Origin: Malacoraja senta
Lineage: Eukaryota
Assembly: GCA_038087875.1 (NCBI GenBank)
Contig: CM075994.1
Coordinates: forward strand, 5,272,001 to 5,336,000
Length of the DNA: 64,000 nucleotides
Direction: 5' to 3'
The first letter of the stretch is position 1. Each line of letters opens with the position of its first letter. A program made the translations under genes and the position numbers. Below are positions 12,921-25,731 of this stretch, in pieces. Under the pieces are notes generated by a model. The model searched no databases. It had not been told where the DNA came from and saw only the letters and a program-made list of their open reading frames with translations.

Positions 12921-12956
12921 CTGAAGTTAGATCTTGTGCTTTGTTTGCATCACATT
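12921..12956 (-). CDS. Micro-exon candidate, 36 nt, phase 1-1 (xCDANKAQDLTS)
   Basis: Acceptor cgttttgtttgtgcag, donor CAG|gtaaca; phases 0 and 2 contain stops. Confidence 0.62.
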
Positions 12957-13029
12957 CTGCACAAACAAAACGTAAGACATTAATTTCGTTCAAAAATATA
13001 GTGTGACATCACAGTGTGCAGTTGCATTA

Positions 13030-13440
13030 CAGGAAGATTGAAGATCTGCACAGTATTAACGGAATGCTATCTGGGTTAGAGCGTATTAAGTGTAAGAGTT
13101 AATAAACGTGGATTAATTCCTCCAGAACACCAGTGCCTGAAAGGCGATGTATATACAATTAGGAGTTGCATTGATAGAGGGCGTGGTCAGAACCATATTC
13201 TCAGTAGTAAATGTCAAGGGCTCGAGGATATAGCATTAATGTGGGAGGGACAAATTGTAATCGAAATGTGCGGACAAGTAGTGTTACACAAGAATTAACG
13301 GATGACTGTAGCGTGATGACGGAGAAGTGCTGGGGGCAGATACGATAATGCCATTTAAAAGGCTTTTGCATAGGTACATGTGCACAGAGAGAATGGACCA
13401 GCTGCGGACGGAATAGATCCGTTTATGGATTGGAAAGTTG
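13030..13440 (+). mobile_element. Old degenerate CR1 3' fragment
   Basis: Residual CR1 C-terminal motifs. Confidence 0.6.
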
Positions 13441-14225
13441 TGGTCTGGTGCTCGTCAGAGGACTCATCGCCAACGTATAGTTACAAGTAGGTTTCCGCGA
13501 CCTGACCGTATGCCTCAGCACAGTGGATGTCAATGAGCCAAATCTATCATATTATATTGTATGCGGATTTCCTGGGAATATTGCGAATAGTGGTACACGA
13601 TGGGAGGAGGTGAGATTTGAATGGGAAGCGGAGTGGAGAAGTAGAGCATGTCAGGATCGCGGTGGCAGTTGGAGACGAAACAGGTTCAGGCAAGGTACAG
13701 GTGGGTATCCGAGATGAGTGTTGGTGTTGCAAACGCCAGCTGTATTCCAGCGCAAGCCAACCTCTGTCCTGTACGCAGAATGTGAAATCAAAGGCATTTT
13801 GAAGAACACAGGGTGGGTTAGTGTCTTGGGAATGCGGAACGCCTGTCATTATATTGGCTATTTGTCCCAATATCTCTTATGACATCTGCGTCGTTTGAAT
13901 GAATCAGTAATGCAGCTAACACGGTGATAAGGCTATTTATGAAACACATTCAATAGTATCAAATCATGGGGACATCAAAACAAGTTAGAAGCTCGGTATA
14001 TCATCAAGAAAAACAAAAATCCGCTGAAAATCTAAGGCGTTGCTCTTTCCTTCAATCTCCAAGAGGCATTCAAACTGATGTTAAACTTAAAACGTTCATA
14101 TGATAATAAATGAATTGTATTTTGGGAGATACAGTGACTGGTATGTTTTTTTTTGTCGTGTATGGAATGTCAAGTCTGGCCATGAATCCATATGGATTGT
14201 AAGACATTTGCATATTAAGAGTCAC

Positions 14226-14261
14226 TCTGATGTGTTGTTGGACTGCCTTGCTTAGCATAAC
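14226..14261 (-). CDS. Micro-exon candidate, 36 nt, phase 1-1 (xYAKQGSPTTHQ)
   Basis: Acceptor ttatgtgatatctag, donor AGA|gtgact (weaker). Confidence 0.35.
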
Positions 14262-14700
14262 CTAGATATCACATAAGCATCTAATTCCCGCACATTCATT
14301 AAATGGTTACACAAGCTTACGAGCGGAAGAAGCCTCCCACTGCTTTTTCATTGTGACATACTCCATTCAAATGCTACGGGTTAATATCAGATGTATAGAT
14401 TCATGGAGTAATTGAGTGACACCGTGTGCACAAGCACTTCGTCCTAACTTGCCCATATGGGAGCATGGAAGCAATACTTCCTCTCGGAATTTTGTGTCTA
14501 TTTAGATGGTAACCGATTCGAGGAACTGATTTCTTTGTCATAGCCATGAACACTAAACATTCGGATTAGTGCTGAATTGCACTACGGCGAGGAGGTGACA
14601 TTTTAGCACTATAACGCAACACATAAAAGAAAAGGGTGGGGAATCAAACGAGATTCTCTGAACATTTTAATTTGTGAAAATTACAAAAACATGTGCCTAC

Positions 14701-14727
14701 CCTTTTCTAACTTTTCCATATCATCCT
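14701..14727 (-). CDS. Micro-exon candidate, 27 nt, phase 1-1 (xDDMEKLEK)
   Basis: Acceptor tatcttgtgctttgcag, donor AGG|gtaggc; only phase 1 open; resembles 25705-25731. Confidence 0.62.
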
Positions 14728-15263
14728 CTGCAAAGCACAAGATACACAATTTCTCGTTAAATTTCCTGTGAACAAGTTAACGAAATATGATGTGTTAATT
14801 AACACGTCATTACTGAGTGTGAAAGTCTGTCCAGCCACACAGCCCAATAGAGCAACCTCATTCACCTACATGTTGAAATATTTGCGCAGCGTTTATTATT
14901 TATATATTTTCTTGATATTTTTATTTGATATCTATAATTAAATGCGATAATTCTGTAGTCCTATTTAACTTGTTGGATATTTGCTGTAACAACGTTTTGC
15001 AAATGTCTCCGAATACCAGATGTCAAAATGACACAATATAAATTACCTTTCACTAGAGGAGCAAAAATCCAAGCAAGTAACAATCCCCCATTTAAGAGCA
15101 ATTCTCAGAGGTTATGAGCAGCATAGAAAAGAAGGCAAAATATTGCGCTGCATTCATACTAACTTCAAATGAGCTTTTGGTGAAATGGAGATAGAGGATT
15201 GTATGAAGAATAAGGAAAGTAATTGGAAGGCACAAAATTAATCATCTTGGCATGTGGCTAGAT

Positions 15264-15570
15264 GGGGTCACAGCTTAAGGATAAGGGGGAAATCCTTTAA
15301 AACCGAGATGAGAAGAACTTTTCTCACACAGAGAGTGGTGAATCTCTGGAACTCTCTGCCACAGAGGGTAGTCGAGGCCAGTTCATTGGCTATATTTAAG
15401 AGGGAGTTAGATGTGGCCCTTGTGGCTAAAGGGATCAGAGGGTATGGAGAGAAGGCAGCTACGGGATACTGAGTTGGATGATCAGCCATGATCATATTGA
15501 ATGGCGGTGCAGGCTCGAAGGGCCGAATGGCCTACTCCTGCACCTAATTTCTATGTTTCTATGTTTCTAT
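15264..15570 (+). mobile_element. Young CR1 (family A) 3' end
   Basis: Near-identical to 5877-6183; (TTTCTATG)n tail. Confidence 0.93.
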
Positions 15571-15769
15571 AAAGGTCTAGTTACTTTTCTACCCAGTCAT
15601 TATTGATGACAATTTCCTATATGTACTCTGTAATAATTGTACCTTAGTTTATGTATGCTAAGGGCCGGGAAACATTAACATAAACGAATTACCGACTGAT
15701 TTACGAACGACTGAGTATTTTTTTGTAGATGACGAATGATATTGTTGAAGGTAGGGGAAATATTATAAA

Positions 15770-16925
15770 TTGTAATGCTGGCTAAAGAGGACTGCAATGG
15801 GTCGAGGACGATATATGTTCTGGCTTAACGACCAATGGATTCCCGCAAGGATTTGTGCTGGGATCTCTGTTGTTTGTGACATAAATTAATGATATGGACA
15901 GAAATGTAGATGAGTTGGTAAGTTTCCCAATGTCAACAAAGCTGAAGGAATCGAAAACTTTCAGGACAGCTGTCAGAAGATACAGCGAAGTATCCATGAG
16001 CTGCACAAACCGGCAGATAAACTGTTAATGGGGTTTAACCCGAGCAAGTGTAAGGTGCTACACTTTGGAGGCTGAATTTTTGATGACAGTATGCAGTTAA
16101 TGACAAGATTCTTTACAGCAATGTCCCAGAACGGGAGGCCATGTTCATACCTAACTCAGGGTGGCAGCACAAGCAGATAGGATGGCAGGAAAGGCGTATG
16201 TTATGCTTGCCTTCATTGCTGGAGGCATTGACTCTAAGTGTCAGGAGTCATTATATACCTCTACGGGACTTTGGTGATGTTTCATTTCGAAGAATGCGTG
16301 CAATTCTGGTCGCCCCTTTACAGGAAGGTCCAACACTAGAAGGCGTAGCCACAGGGAGGAGAGGGACAACGTTTAAGGGCGATGAGTGGGCTAGTTTGTT
16401 TTTACACAGAGTAGTAGGGTCCTGGAATTCATAGCTACTTGTGGTGGTTGAGGCTTTTCGTGAAGTACATGGGAGTGCAGGGTATGAAAGGATATGCAAC
16501 ATGTACAGGCAGATGAGATCAGTTTAACGTGGCATCATGTGCGGCAAAATCAGTGTAGGGCAAAGAATCGCCACTGTGCTGTATGTTCTATGTTCTAAAT
16601 TGTGTGTTGCGAATATGACACGTGTAATATACGCAGTTTGTGTAGTTTGCTAACACTGTCATATTTGCTAAATATTTCAAATGTTGGCCCATATTAATTA
16701 CATATTAATGTTATATTGATAAGGTGTCATGCAACAACCTCAAAAGTTTCTAATAATAAAGGGATCCGTGGATATTTTCAAAGCAGAGAAACACATTATT
16801 GATTAAAGCGGGTGCCAACGGTTATGGGGAGAAGACAGGAAAATTGGATTAGGAGGCAGAGATTAGCCATGATTGAATGGCGGAGTAGACTCGATCGGCC
16901 GGATGGCCCAATCATAACTTGTGAC
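15770..16925 (+). mobile_element. Old degenerate CR1 RT / 3' fragments
   Basis: Traces of GFPQGFVLG, KCKVLHFG, RVVGSWNS and CR1-type tails. Confidence 0.7.
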
Positions 16926-17260
16926 CTTGCAACTTTGGATCAGATGGATACACATGTCGTCATCAAGGTGACAGCACAGTGAAATATTTCGCATCACAAC
17001 CTAAGTTACACCGTTTTGGCTGATCAACGCCACACGCCAATAATAAAGATCCACTCCGCAAGATACTCTCCAAAATAAAGCACGTTACAAGTGTGTCCCT
17101 ATTATATCGAGATTTCAAATGCCAGAATTAGGAATCTCGCAATTCACGTATCTACTTTGAATGATTGGTCGCTGGGCGACGATTGGCCTTAAGTAACAGC
17201 GGAACGTACGAATTAGTAATTCAAAATGTTTCAGAGCATCTCTCATGATCCAAATAATAC

Positions 17261-17296
17261 CTGTTTCGATATACACGTCCAGCAGTGTTTGCAGTG
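17261..17296 (-). CDS. Micro-exon candidate, 36 nt, phase 1-1 (xLQTLLDVYIET)
   Basis: Acceptor tcttcatttttttcag, donor CAG|gtatta. Confidence 0.55.
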
Positions 17297-19586
17297 CTGA
17301 AAAAAATGAAGATCGGCATACTTTTAGTTGGCACTGCCACCGAAACGCATAATGCAAAACAACAAACAAAAAAAAACAAATGATATGACATGTGCGAATG
17401 ATATGATGCAGGTGGTGATGCTCCCACCTACCGCTCTCTCATAATTCACGTTGTAAGGTGTTATGAGAGCACCCGGGCACTTCAAAATGCTGCATGCCAT
17501 CTATTTGCGAGATGATGATGTGATGGTAAAAATGTATGTGCTGTGGAGTACGTGGAATGCCATTAATGAAAACGGCATGGGTGCTTTGATTTTTGAGTGT
17601 ATTGTCGGAGTTGCATAATTTCAAGTACATGGTAATACCCCATCACACATTAGACTTTCGGGTCAAGAACGATGGAAAGGTTGCAACGTTCCAGAAAGTG
17701 TATCATTGAACACAGGATGAATTTCATCTGCTCTAGTAATCCATAATTTGTGGTTTTCCTAGTTCTTTATAGCGAGTGTTGGAAACGCAATATTTATGAT
17801 AGGTTTGAACGATCGTGACACCAGAGAACACCAAAGAAAATTGGGCAGTTTATTTGTTCTTGTTCAACATGGTTCTCCTCCAGCATTGCAAGGTAAGGGG
17901 CGATTTGTCAGTGCCAACGAAGACTGAATTCATTCATCCCATTTTGATGATTTGCAAGAATGGTGCCTGCCATTTGGGATAAATTAATCGATAAGATTCC
18001 GCAAATTATTTTATTGATGGCGGCTGACAAAGGAAAAGATAATCGCACTTGTCATTCGTCTCTTCACATGCTAATGTTTGCAAACCATGCACTTATGATT
18101 CCTGGGCGTATCCCTCTAAACGTTCGTCACTCACGACTGACCCCGTCCCCATCCCCACCTACACACCTTTGTGCAACCACCATTTGATCACAACAAGTAC
18201 CTTGACAATCTTGAGAGCTTGATAAATTCAATTTTATCGCTAGCACCAATTCAAGCGAATTCCATGTAAAATCAATGTTGGGTGCTATGCTCACAGTTTA
18301 AAAACAGAAATCCTCATCAACATTTTGTCTGATGAATCTTAACAACTGCATTAATATCCCCGTTCCCTTACGCCCTTGTGTTCTAGTGCATTCTGAGAGA
18401 AGTTGCGTAAACATTTACGCAAACCAAACGCCAGCCTCATCTTGTACACATTTGCCATGGCCAATTTGTATCTACGACGTAATTGGTCATATATCATATC
18501 TTAACTATATACTTTTAAAACTCTCTGGCTGTCGTCCGTCTGTACGTCTGTACGTCTGTACGTCTGTACGTCTGTACGTCCAACGTTCTGCTTGACTTGT
18601 CCCGCCTTTGATACCGCCCCGCGCCCGCGCGGCGCGCGGAAACGCCGATATTTTTTACCGTTTCTAAAGAGGTTACGTTTATCTTTACGAATAGACGATC
18701 ATGATTAAATTTGGTCGAGTTTACGTACGCTTTTTAAAATAAAATACCTCCCCCCCCCCCAAACCAAATATTTCAAAATGTTTAAAAAAACAGCTCAGCC
18801 GTAGAATGTTAGTAAAGATTCCGTTGTGTGATGTCACAATGCACAATGGTCACAGATGTCCAATCGAAATGGACCAATTTACATATGCCTGTGCAGCAGC
18901 AACAGCACCAGCCCCTCCCCCCCACCCCGCAGCCTGCGTCGAAGGGCGTCGTCACGTGTGTGGCAATAGAGTAAGAGGATTGGGGTTGATAGGGATTGGG
19001 TAACAGATGGACTGTCCCTACCCCTCCTACTTCAACACTCCCTCCCCACTATCGCCTCTCTCTCCTCTCCCCCTCCCTCTCCTCCCACCCCCTCCCACCC
19101 CCCTTCACCACCCCTATTCACCCCCATCTCCCACCCACCCCCTTCACCTCTCTCTTGCTCCACTCCCTGCTACACCTCTGCCCCTCACTCCCCACTGTTC
19201 CCACCTCTCTCCCTCCCCCTCCCTCTCTCCCTCTCTTCCCCCTACTCCTCTCCCCTTCCCCTCATCCCCTCCCCCCTCTCCCCCCTTCCTGCCCTCCCGC
19301 TCTCCTCCCACTCCAAACTCTCCTCCCCATCCCTCTCACACACCCTGATCTCCTCTCCCTCCCCAATCTCTCCCCTTTCCTCTTCCCCCTCTCCCCTCCC
19401 TCCCCCTGTCCTCTTCTCTCCCCACCCCGTCTCCCTCTCCCCTCTTCTCTCCCCCCTCCCCCGAGTGTGTTTGGGGTGGTTAGTGTGAGTTTGGGGGGTG
19501 GTTAGTGTGAGTGTGATGCCGCAGCCCACCCATCCCCTCCCGCAAACGCGCGTTGGGTAAACAGCCCGCCAACAGTCTCTCTGTCT

Positions 19587-19801
19587 TTAAGACGGAACTG
19601 CAGATGCTGGAAAATCGAAGGTACACAAAAAAAAATGTATATCATCAGCGGGTGCAGCAGCATCTATGGATCGAAGGAAATAGGCAACGTTTCGGTAGAA
19701 AACCAGTCTGAGGATGGGCTTCGGCCCAAAGCGTTGCCTATTTCCTTCGCTCAATGGATGCTGCTGCACCCGCTGTGTTTCTCAAGCTTTTATTTGTGTA
19801 C
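19587..19801. mobile_element. Penelope-derived fold-back (inverted pLTR) insert
   Basis: Palindromic arms (GTACACAAA...CAGCGGGTGCAGCAGCATC / GATGCTGCTGCACCCGCTG...TTTGTGTAC); 14-bp TSD CAGTCTCTCTGTCT at 19573-19586 and 19802-19815. Confidence 0.8.
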
Positions 19802-21134
19802 CAGTCTCTCTGTCTCTCCCTCTCTCTCTCTCTCTCTCTGCCCTTCTCTCTTCACAGCCCGCAGCTCAACTCATGAACACCCGCTCAAACCCGCCCCCCT
19901 TCACCTATCTCCCACATCCTCTCCTTCCTCTCTCCACACCCTCCCCTCTCTCCCCCTTCCTCTCCCTCCTTCCTCTCTCCCCCTTCCTCTCCCCCCTTCT
20001 TCTCCACCTTCCTCCTCCCCCTCTTCAATTTTTTTTAATTCTAACATTAAATTTTCTCTCTCTGCCCCCCCCCTCTTGTCGCAGCTGAGAGCTGAAGGCT
20101 ATTCGTCAATGGATAGGGTGGAGATGGGATAAAAGAAGCAAATTAAAAGGGTTGTGATGAGTGTGTGTGTTTGTGGGTGCCAGATTCCCACCCCGCAACC
20201 GTGCTTTGGAGGAAAGGGGGTGGTTAGTGTGACTCAGCGGGTGCAGCAGCATCTTTGGATCGAAGGAAATAGGCAATGTTTCATAACTGAATGTTTCATA
20301 ACCCGCTGAATTTCACCACCTTTTTTGGGTGTACCAGTCTCTCTCTCTCTGCCCTTCTCTCTTCACAGCCCGCAGCTTAACTCATGAACACCAGCTCAAA
20401 ACACCCCCCTTCAACTATCTCCAAAATCCTCTCCTTACTCTCTCCACACCCTCCTCTCTATCCCCCTTCCTCGCATCCCTTCCTCTCTCCCCCTTCCTCT
20501 CCCCCCTTCCTCTCCACCCTCCTCCCTCCCCCTCTTCAATTTTTTTTAATTCTAACATTAAATTTTCACTCTCTGCCCCCCCCTCTAGACGCACCTGAGA
20601 GGTGAGGGCTATTCGTCAGTGGATAGGGTGGAGATGGGATAAAAGAAGCAAATTAAAAAATTAAGATAATATCAAGGGTTGTTATGAGTGTGTGTGTTCG
20701 TGGGTGACAGATTCCCACCCCGCAACCGTGCTTTGGAGCACAGGGGGTGGTTACGACACAGCACCCCCCCCCCCACCCGCAAACGCACGTTCGGTGTCCA
20801 GACCCAACGGGTCTGCACTTGGTCTAGTAACTATTAAAACTCTCGTTGGTTTGTTGGTTTGTAACGGGTTCTATTTCGCGATAATTCTTTTATTTACTCC
20901 TCCACCCTTTGCCGTAACGGAGATATTTTTACATATTCCTGTGGAGTTTTTCCTCCTCCCCGCTTTTTTAAAAGTAAAAAACATCAAAATATTCTAAAAT
21001 CATGCTGCTGCATGAGTCACAAGGCCATCTTACAGATGTCCAATCATAATGGATTGCATTTACATATGATATGACGGGTGTGGGAGATTGGAACCTTCAC
21101 ATGGTCAAATAAGAGCAAATAGAGCAAGTTGTCC

Positions 21135-23140
21135 TAACCCCCTTCCTATCTACCCCTTCCCTCTCCCACCTCTTCCATCTTCACCCCTTCACTCCCCCTC
21201 CCCCCTCCACCTCTACCCATCCACTCCCCATTCCCCTCCACCTCTACCCCTCCTACCCTCCCCTCCTCTCCACCCTCCCCTCTCCTGCATCCCATCCTCT
21301 TCGCTCCCCCTTCCACCTCCCCTCCTCTTCTCTCCCGCGTCCAACTCTCCCTCTTCTCTCTCCCTGCCCTCTCCTCACCCCCTCACTTGCCCACCTCCTC
21401 TCTCCTCACTCTCCCCTCTACACTCTCTCCCCTCTACTCTCTTTCCCCTCTACTCTCTCTCCCGTCTACACTATTTATCTCTCCCTTCTACTCTCTCTCT
21501 TCCCTCTCTCTCTCTCTTCCCTCCCTCCCTCCCTCCCTTCCACCCCGTCCTTTCCACCTTTGCCCCTTTCTCTCTCCCCCCTTCTATCTCCCCACTTCTC
21601 TCCCCCCTTCTCACCCCCTTCCCACCCCCGCTCCTTTCTCACCCTCCTCTCTCTCTCCCTCCTCTCTCACCCCCTCTTCTCTCTCCCCCTCCACTCTCTC
21701 CTTCTCCTCTCCCCCTCCAATCTCTCACTACTCCCGTCTCCCCCTCCAACACCCCTGTCTCCTCTCTCCTCTCTACCTCCCCCTCCCCCACTCTACCCCC
21801 TCCCCTCTAACCCCCTCCCCTCTAACCCCTCCACTCCCACACCTTCCACCTATTATTCTCCTCCCCATCTCCTCCCTCCCCTCTCGTTCACCCCTCTCCA
21901 CCATCCACTACCCCCCTCCACATCTACCCCTCTTCTTCTCTCCCCCTGCACCGCTACCCCTCCACCTATCCCCCAAATCCCCTCCTCCACTTCACTTCCC
22001 TCCAACTCTCCCCCCTCCCCTCTACTCCCCTCCTCCTCACACCCACTCCTCTCCCCCCTCTACTCTCTCTCTCCCCCCTCTCTCTCTCTCCCTCTAATGT
22101 TTCTTTCTCCCCTCTAATCTCTCTCTCCCCTCTAATCTCTCGCTCCCCTTCTCTCTCTCCCCCCTTATCTCTCTCCCCCTTCTCCATCTCCCGGTTCTCG
22201 CCCCCTCTTTCACTCGCCCTCCTCTCTCACCCCACTCCACTCTCTCCTTCTCCTCCCTCTCCCCTTCCAATCTCTCTTCAGCTCTCCTCTCTCCATCTAT
22301 TCTCCCCCATCTCCCCTCCACCATCCCCTCCCCTCCACACACTCTCTCCTTCGCCCTCTCCTCAAGCACCCCACTCATCTTCCCTCCACCCATTCCCCTC
22401 TCTTCTCCCCTCCACTTCCCCTCCCCCACCTTTCTCTACCCCCGCACCCTCCCCTCTCTCCCCCTCCCCCTCTAGTAACCCCCTACCCCCCCTACCCCTG
22501 TCTCCCCTTCACCCTACCCGCTCTCCTCCCCTCCCTGATCCTCAACCCCTCTCTCTCCCTACCCCCTCCCCCTTCCCTACACACTCCTCCGCTACCCACT
22601 CTCTCTCCCCCCTCTCCCCCTCTCCTCTCTCTTCCCCATCTCTCCGCCTTCCATATTTTCCTCTCCCCTGTCCTCACCCCTCTCTCCCCACCCCTCCCTC
22701 ATCACCCCTCTCCTCACCCCTCTCTCCTCACCCCTCTCCCCATCTCCTCCCTTTCTCCCTCCTCCACTCCCTCCCCACTTACTCCCTCCCCCTCTCCCCA
22801 TCCTTCTCTCTCACCCCTCCCCCGACCCATCCCCACCTCCCTCCCCACTTTCTCCCTCTCCCACTCCCCGACCCAACTCTCCCCCTTCCCCTCTCCCTTC
22901 CCCCTATCACTCTCCCCTTCCCCATCCCCCGCTCTCTCCCTTCCCCCCATCACCCCTTCCCCCCCTCCCCTCCCCCTCTCTCCTCCTCTCCTCGCCCCCT
23001 CTCTCCTCACCCTTTCCCCCCCTCACAATATCCCCCTCTCCTCACCCCTCTCCCCATCTCCTCCCCCTCCTCCCTCCCCTCTGCCCTATCCCCATCTCCT
23101 CCTCCTTCCTCTCTCCCCGTCCTCCTTCCTCCCTCCTCCT
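21135..23140 (+). repeat. About 2-kb polypyrimidine (C/T) low-complexity tract; a shorter one lies at 19015-19465
   Basis: Almost all C/T on the + strand; explains the Pro/Ser/Leu and Gly/Glu/Arg pseudo-ORFs. Confidence 0.95.
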
Positions 23141-24014
23141 TGTACGTGTGTATATGTTTATATGTGTTTGTGTGTATATTGGTTGTCTTTACGTTTTCGC
23201 AAAAACACTACGCGGCAACGATCACATTTTTACATATTCCGATTGACATTTTTTTTCCCGACGACGCCGAGAACACCTTCACACATGACTGAATAAAAGT
23301 CTAAAAAAGTTCTAAATACTTTGAAATTTAATGCTACAACTGATGACGTCACAATGGCTCGGCTATCAGTGATCAGCCACAATGAAGATTTCATCCTATG
23401 TTTTACACGTTATTCGCGATTAAAGCTTTAAAAATGCCAAACTTTCACAGGGTTTTACATATTCTGATTCACATTTTCCAGTCGAGGTCGAGATCACCCT
23501 CACTGAACATGTTATGTTATATTTCTCGATTAAATACTGATTAAAGTTTTTAAAAATCAAAATACTTTGAGTTTCAAAACGACCATCTTCAACTGAAGCA
23601 AAAATGATTCGACTCGCAGGGGGAGGGTGATTTGCAATTACAACACGCAGGGCAAGTGCAATTGCATTTTTTTCTAAGAGCACTGCTAAGGGAGGCAGGG
23701 GAGTGCTGGAATCCTACGTTCGGGAACGGTTTGAGTTGGAGGATCAGACCTCCCGTGGGGGTTACGGGTAGGAAATTGGTGCGTTGGGGAGCAAACCCAT
23801 CGGGTCTGCACTTGGTCTAGTTTCATTTAATGATGCACTTGTTGCTTGGCAATAAAACTGCGCACATTTCAAATGCACTCGTGTTTTTATACTCCGATTT
23901 CAAATTCATTTTAATGATTGTATGATTCCGTTTTAAGTTCGTTTCATAATGCTTATTGTTCAGGTAATACACCAGGTATGCTCTGCATTTCGTATACATT
24001 TAGGGAATGAGTTA

Positions 24015-25460
24015 TGTGATGTAACTAAAGTGAAGGGGCAAATGTGATGTTATTAAAGTGAAGGGCGAGATGTGATGTATATGACATTTAACATGTAATG
24101 TAATATGTAATGTAAATGCCAGTTCCCCTTGAGGCCAAAGGCAGAAGCTGGCGAATTTACCCGTGCTTCGTGACTGAGGTCAAGCGACCTTCTTGAAGTT
24201 TCAGTTGATTATAGATTAAACTAATCCTACAAGATGTCGGACGTGTATCATTGTGCTAGTCACCACAAGTCTAAAGGACGACTTTGCATGGTGTTAGAGT
24301 AAAACAATTGGAGAAACTCAATCCACCCGGCCATTCTCCAGGCAAGAAGAAGCATGAGAGACTGTGAGCTGAAAAATAAGAACAAGAAAAAGAAATGTCG
24401 GAACGGGAAGCAAGAGGGCAAGGAAAACACGTGGGGCAATAAGTGTCACGCAAGAGCGCAGCTGGAAACTAGAAACCTAACCAGCAGGACATCGACGGTG
24501 TCAACTTAATTGGAACGTTTTCCAGGACTGTGCAGCCGCCTCCGACTTAGGGTGAGTTCCACGGCCGTGTAGCTCACGGGCAGTCTCTGTAGCCGCCACC
24601 GACGTCGGGTAAGGGCCTAGTACCGTGTAGCCCACGGACAGGTCCCGCGACTGCCACCGAAGACGGCCAAGTCTCCAGCCGGCCGGGAGCAGCCGTGTTC
24701 GAGAGATTCAAGGAGCCTTGCGGAGCGCGCAGCACGGCCCGAGCAACAGTTTAAAGACACTGGGGGTCAAATGCAGAGAAGGTAAGAAGCCAAGAAGTAC
24801 AGATAATTTGCCGAAAATTCTAATGCAAAGAAGTAAAATTCAAGAAGTGAAGAAGTAAAAGTTAAGAAGCCAAGAGTTATTATGCAAGAAATTGAATGAA
24901 CGAATATAGTTTGTATTAACCATTTAGTATTCACTGTCTAAGTTGTTTTTGAAGGCGAAGTCCGCCTCCTGAATGCAACAAGTCTACGAGACCAGGCGGA
25001 GAGTAAGTTCAGGATAGAGACGTCTAGTCCAGGTTAGAGTCCTGTAGCCCAGAATAGAGACCTGTAGCCCAGGATAAAGACATATAGCCGTGGATAGACC
25101 CCTGTGTAGCCGTGGATAGACCCCTGTGCAGCCGTGGATGGACCCCTATGTAGCCGTGGATAGGCTACCTGTAGCCAGACGCCCAGATGTGAGAAACTTA
25201 GACAGAGGAGCCAGTCTCCCAGAGGTTAGAAACCTGGACAGTGGAGCCAGTCTCCCAGAAGCAAGAAATAGCCTCCCAGAAGGGGCAATTCCCCAGAAGA
25301 CACGATGCGCCGAGATGCAGCGAGAGGCAGGAGCCAGTCTCCAGTCGCAACAACGGGCAACGAGACATTGCCCCTTATTTAACTTGAACCATGTACCGTG
25401 CGAATATAATCCCATCAACACAAAATGTGTTTTCTTCGAAACTATGATTATTTAAAATAT
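24015..25460 (+). mobile_element. Truncated or non-autonomous LTR element: LTR about 24071-24288, tRNA-Leu-like PBS, repeat-rich non-coding interior
   Basis: TGTGATG...TTGCA followed directly by TGGTGTTAGAGT; preceded by purine tract AAAGTGAAGGGCGAGA; ATTAAA inside; no 3' LTR seen. Confidence 0.55.
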
Positions 25461-25704
25461 AGGTTAATGCGTGAAGGGAGTACTAAGGAGCACCCGGTGT
25501 GGGAGAGGAGGGAGAACTAATGATGTCCCGTTGTGGGGTAGAGGGGCGGGAGAACAGAGGATGAATTGGCGCCCGCATACTTTTTAACTTTTTGAACACC
25601 ATTAATGTCCTAATTATTGCGTACCTTGTACGTGCACCAAATAATTTCACCGTGACTTGTCACATGTGACCATTACATATTCAATGAATTAATCAATCGT
25701 TTAC

Positions 25705-25731
25705 CATTTTCTGTTCTTCGCAACTTGTCCT
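25705..25731 (-). CDS. Micro-exon candidate, 27 nt, phase 1-1 (xDKLRRTEN)
   Basis: Acceptor gcatttaacttatag, donor ATG|gtaaac; similar to 14701-14727. Confidence 0.6.

Larger units (their letters stand above)
18505..23820 (+). mobile_element. Head-to-tail / composite non-autonomous Helitrons (3' ends at 20827 and 23820)
   Basis: Two matching 3' termini with hairpin (A)CCC-A(A/T)C-GGGTCTG followed by CACTTGGTCTAG|T; 5' modules CTATATACTTTTAAAACTCTC (18505) and TAACTATTAAAACTCTC (20828); (CGTCTGTA)n near the 5' end; A|T site without TSD. Confidence 0.8.

Noticed and set aside
13010..13037. CACAGTG + 12 bp + ACAGGAAGA as a V(D)J recombination signal
   Set aside because: Nonamer matches only 5 of 9, and there is no adjacent V/D/J coding segment.
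15048..15053. 6-nt AG|TGAAAG|GT candidate, plus other 12-24 nt candidates (14362-14373, 35459-35482 with GC donor)
   Set aside because: Too short or non-canonical to distinguish from chance without RNA data.
17763..17892. Plus-strand exon-like segment FFIASVGNAIFMIGLNDRDTRE...HGSP, reminiscent of a C-type lectin
   Set aside because: Both diagnostic tryptophans are absent and need multiple substitutions; no partner lectin exons found.
18372..18392. 21-nt minus-strand micro-exon candidate (xCTRTQG)
   Set aside because: Lies in what looks like a decayed CR1 (SRTRGH-type motif); it shows that chance hits occur.
18996..23010. Long Pro/Ser/Leu-rich and Gly/Glu/Arg-rich ORFs
   Set aside because: Produced by C/T low-complexity tracts that lack stop codons.
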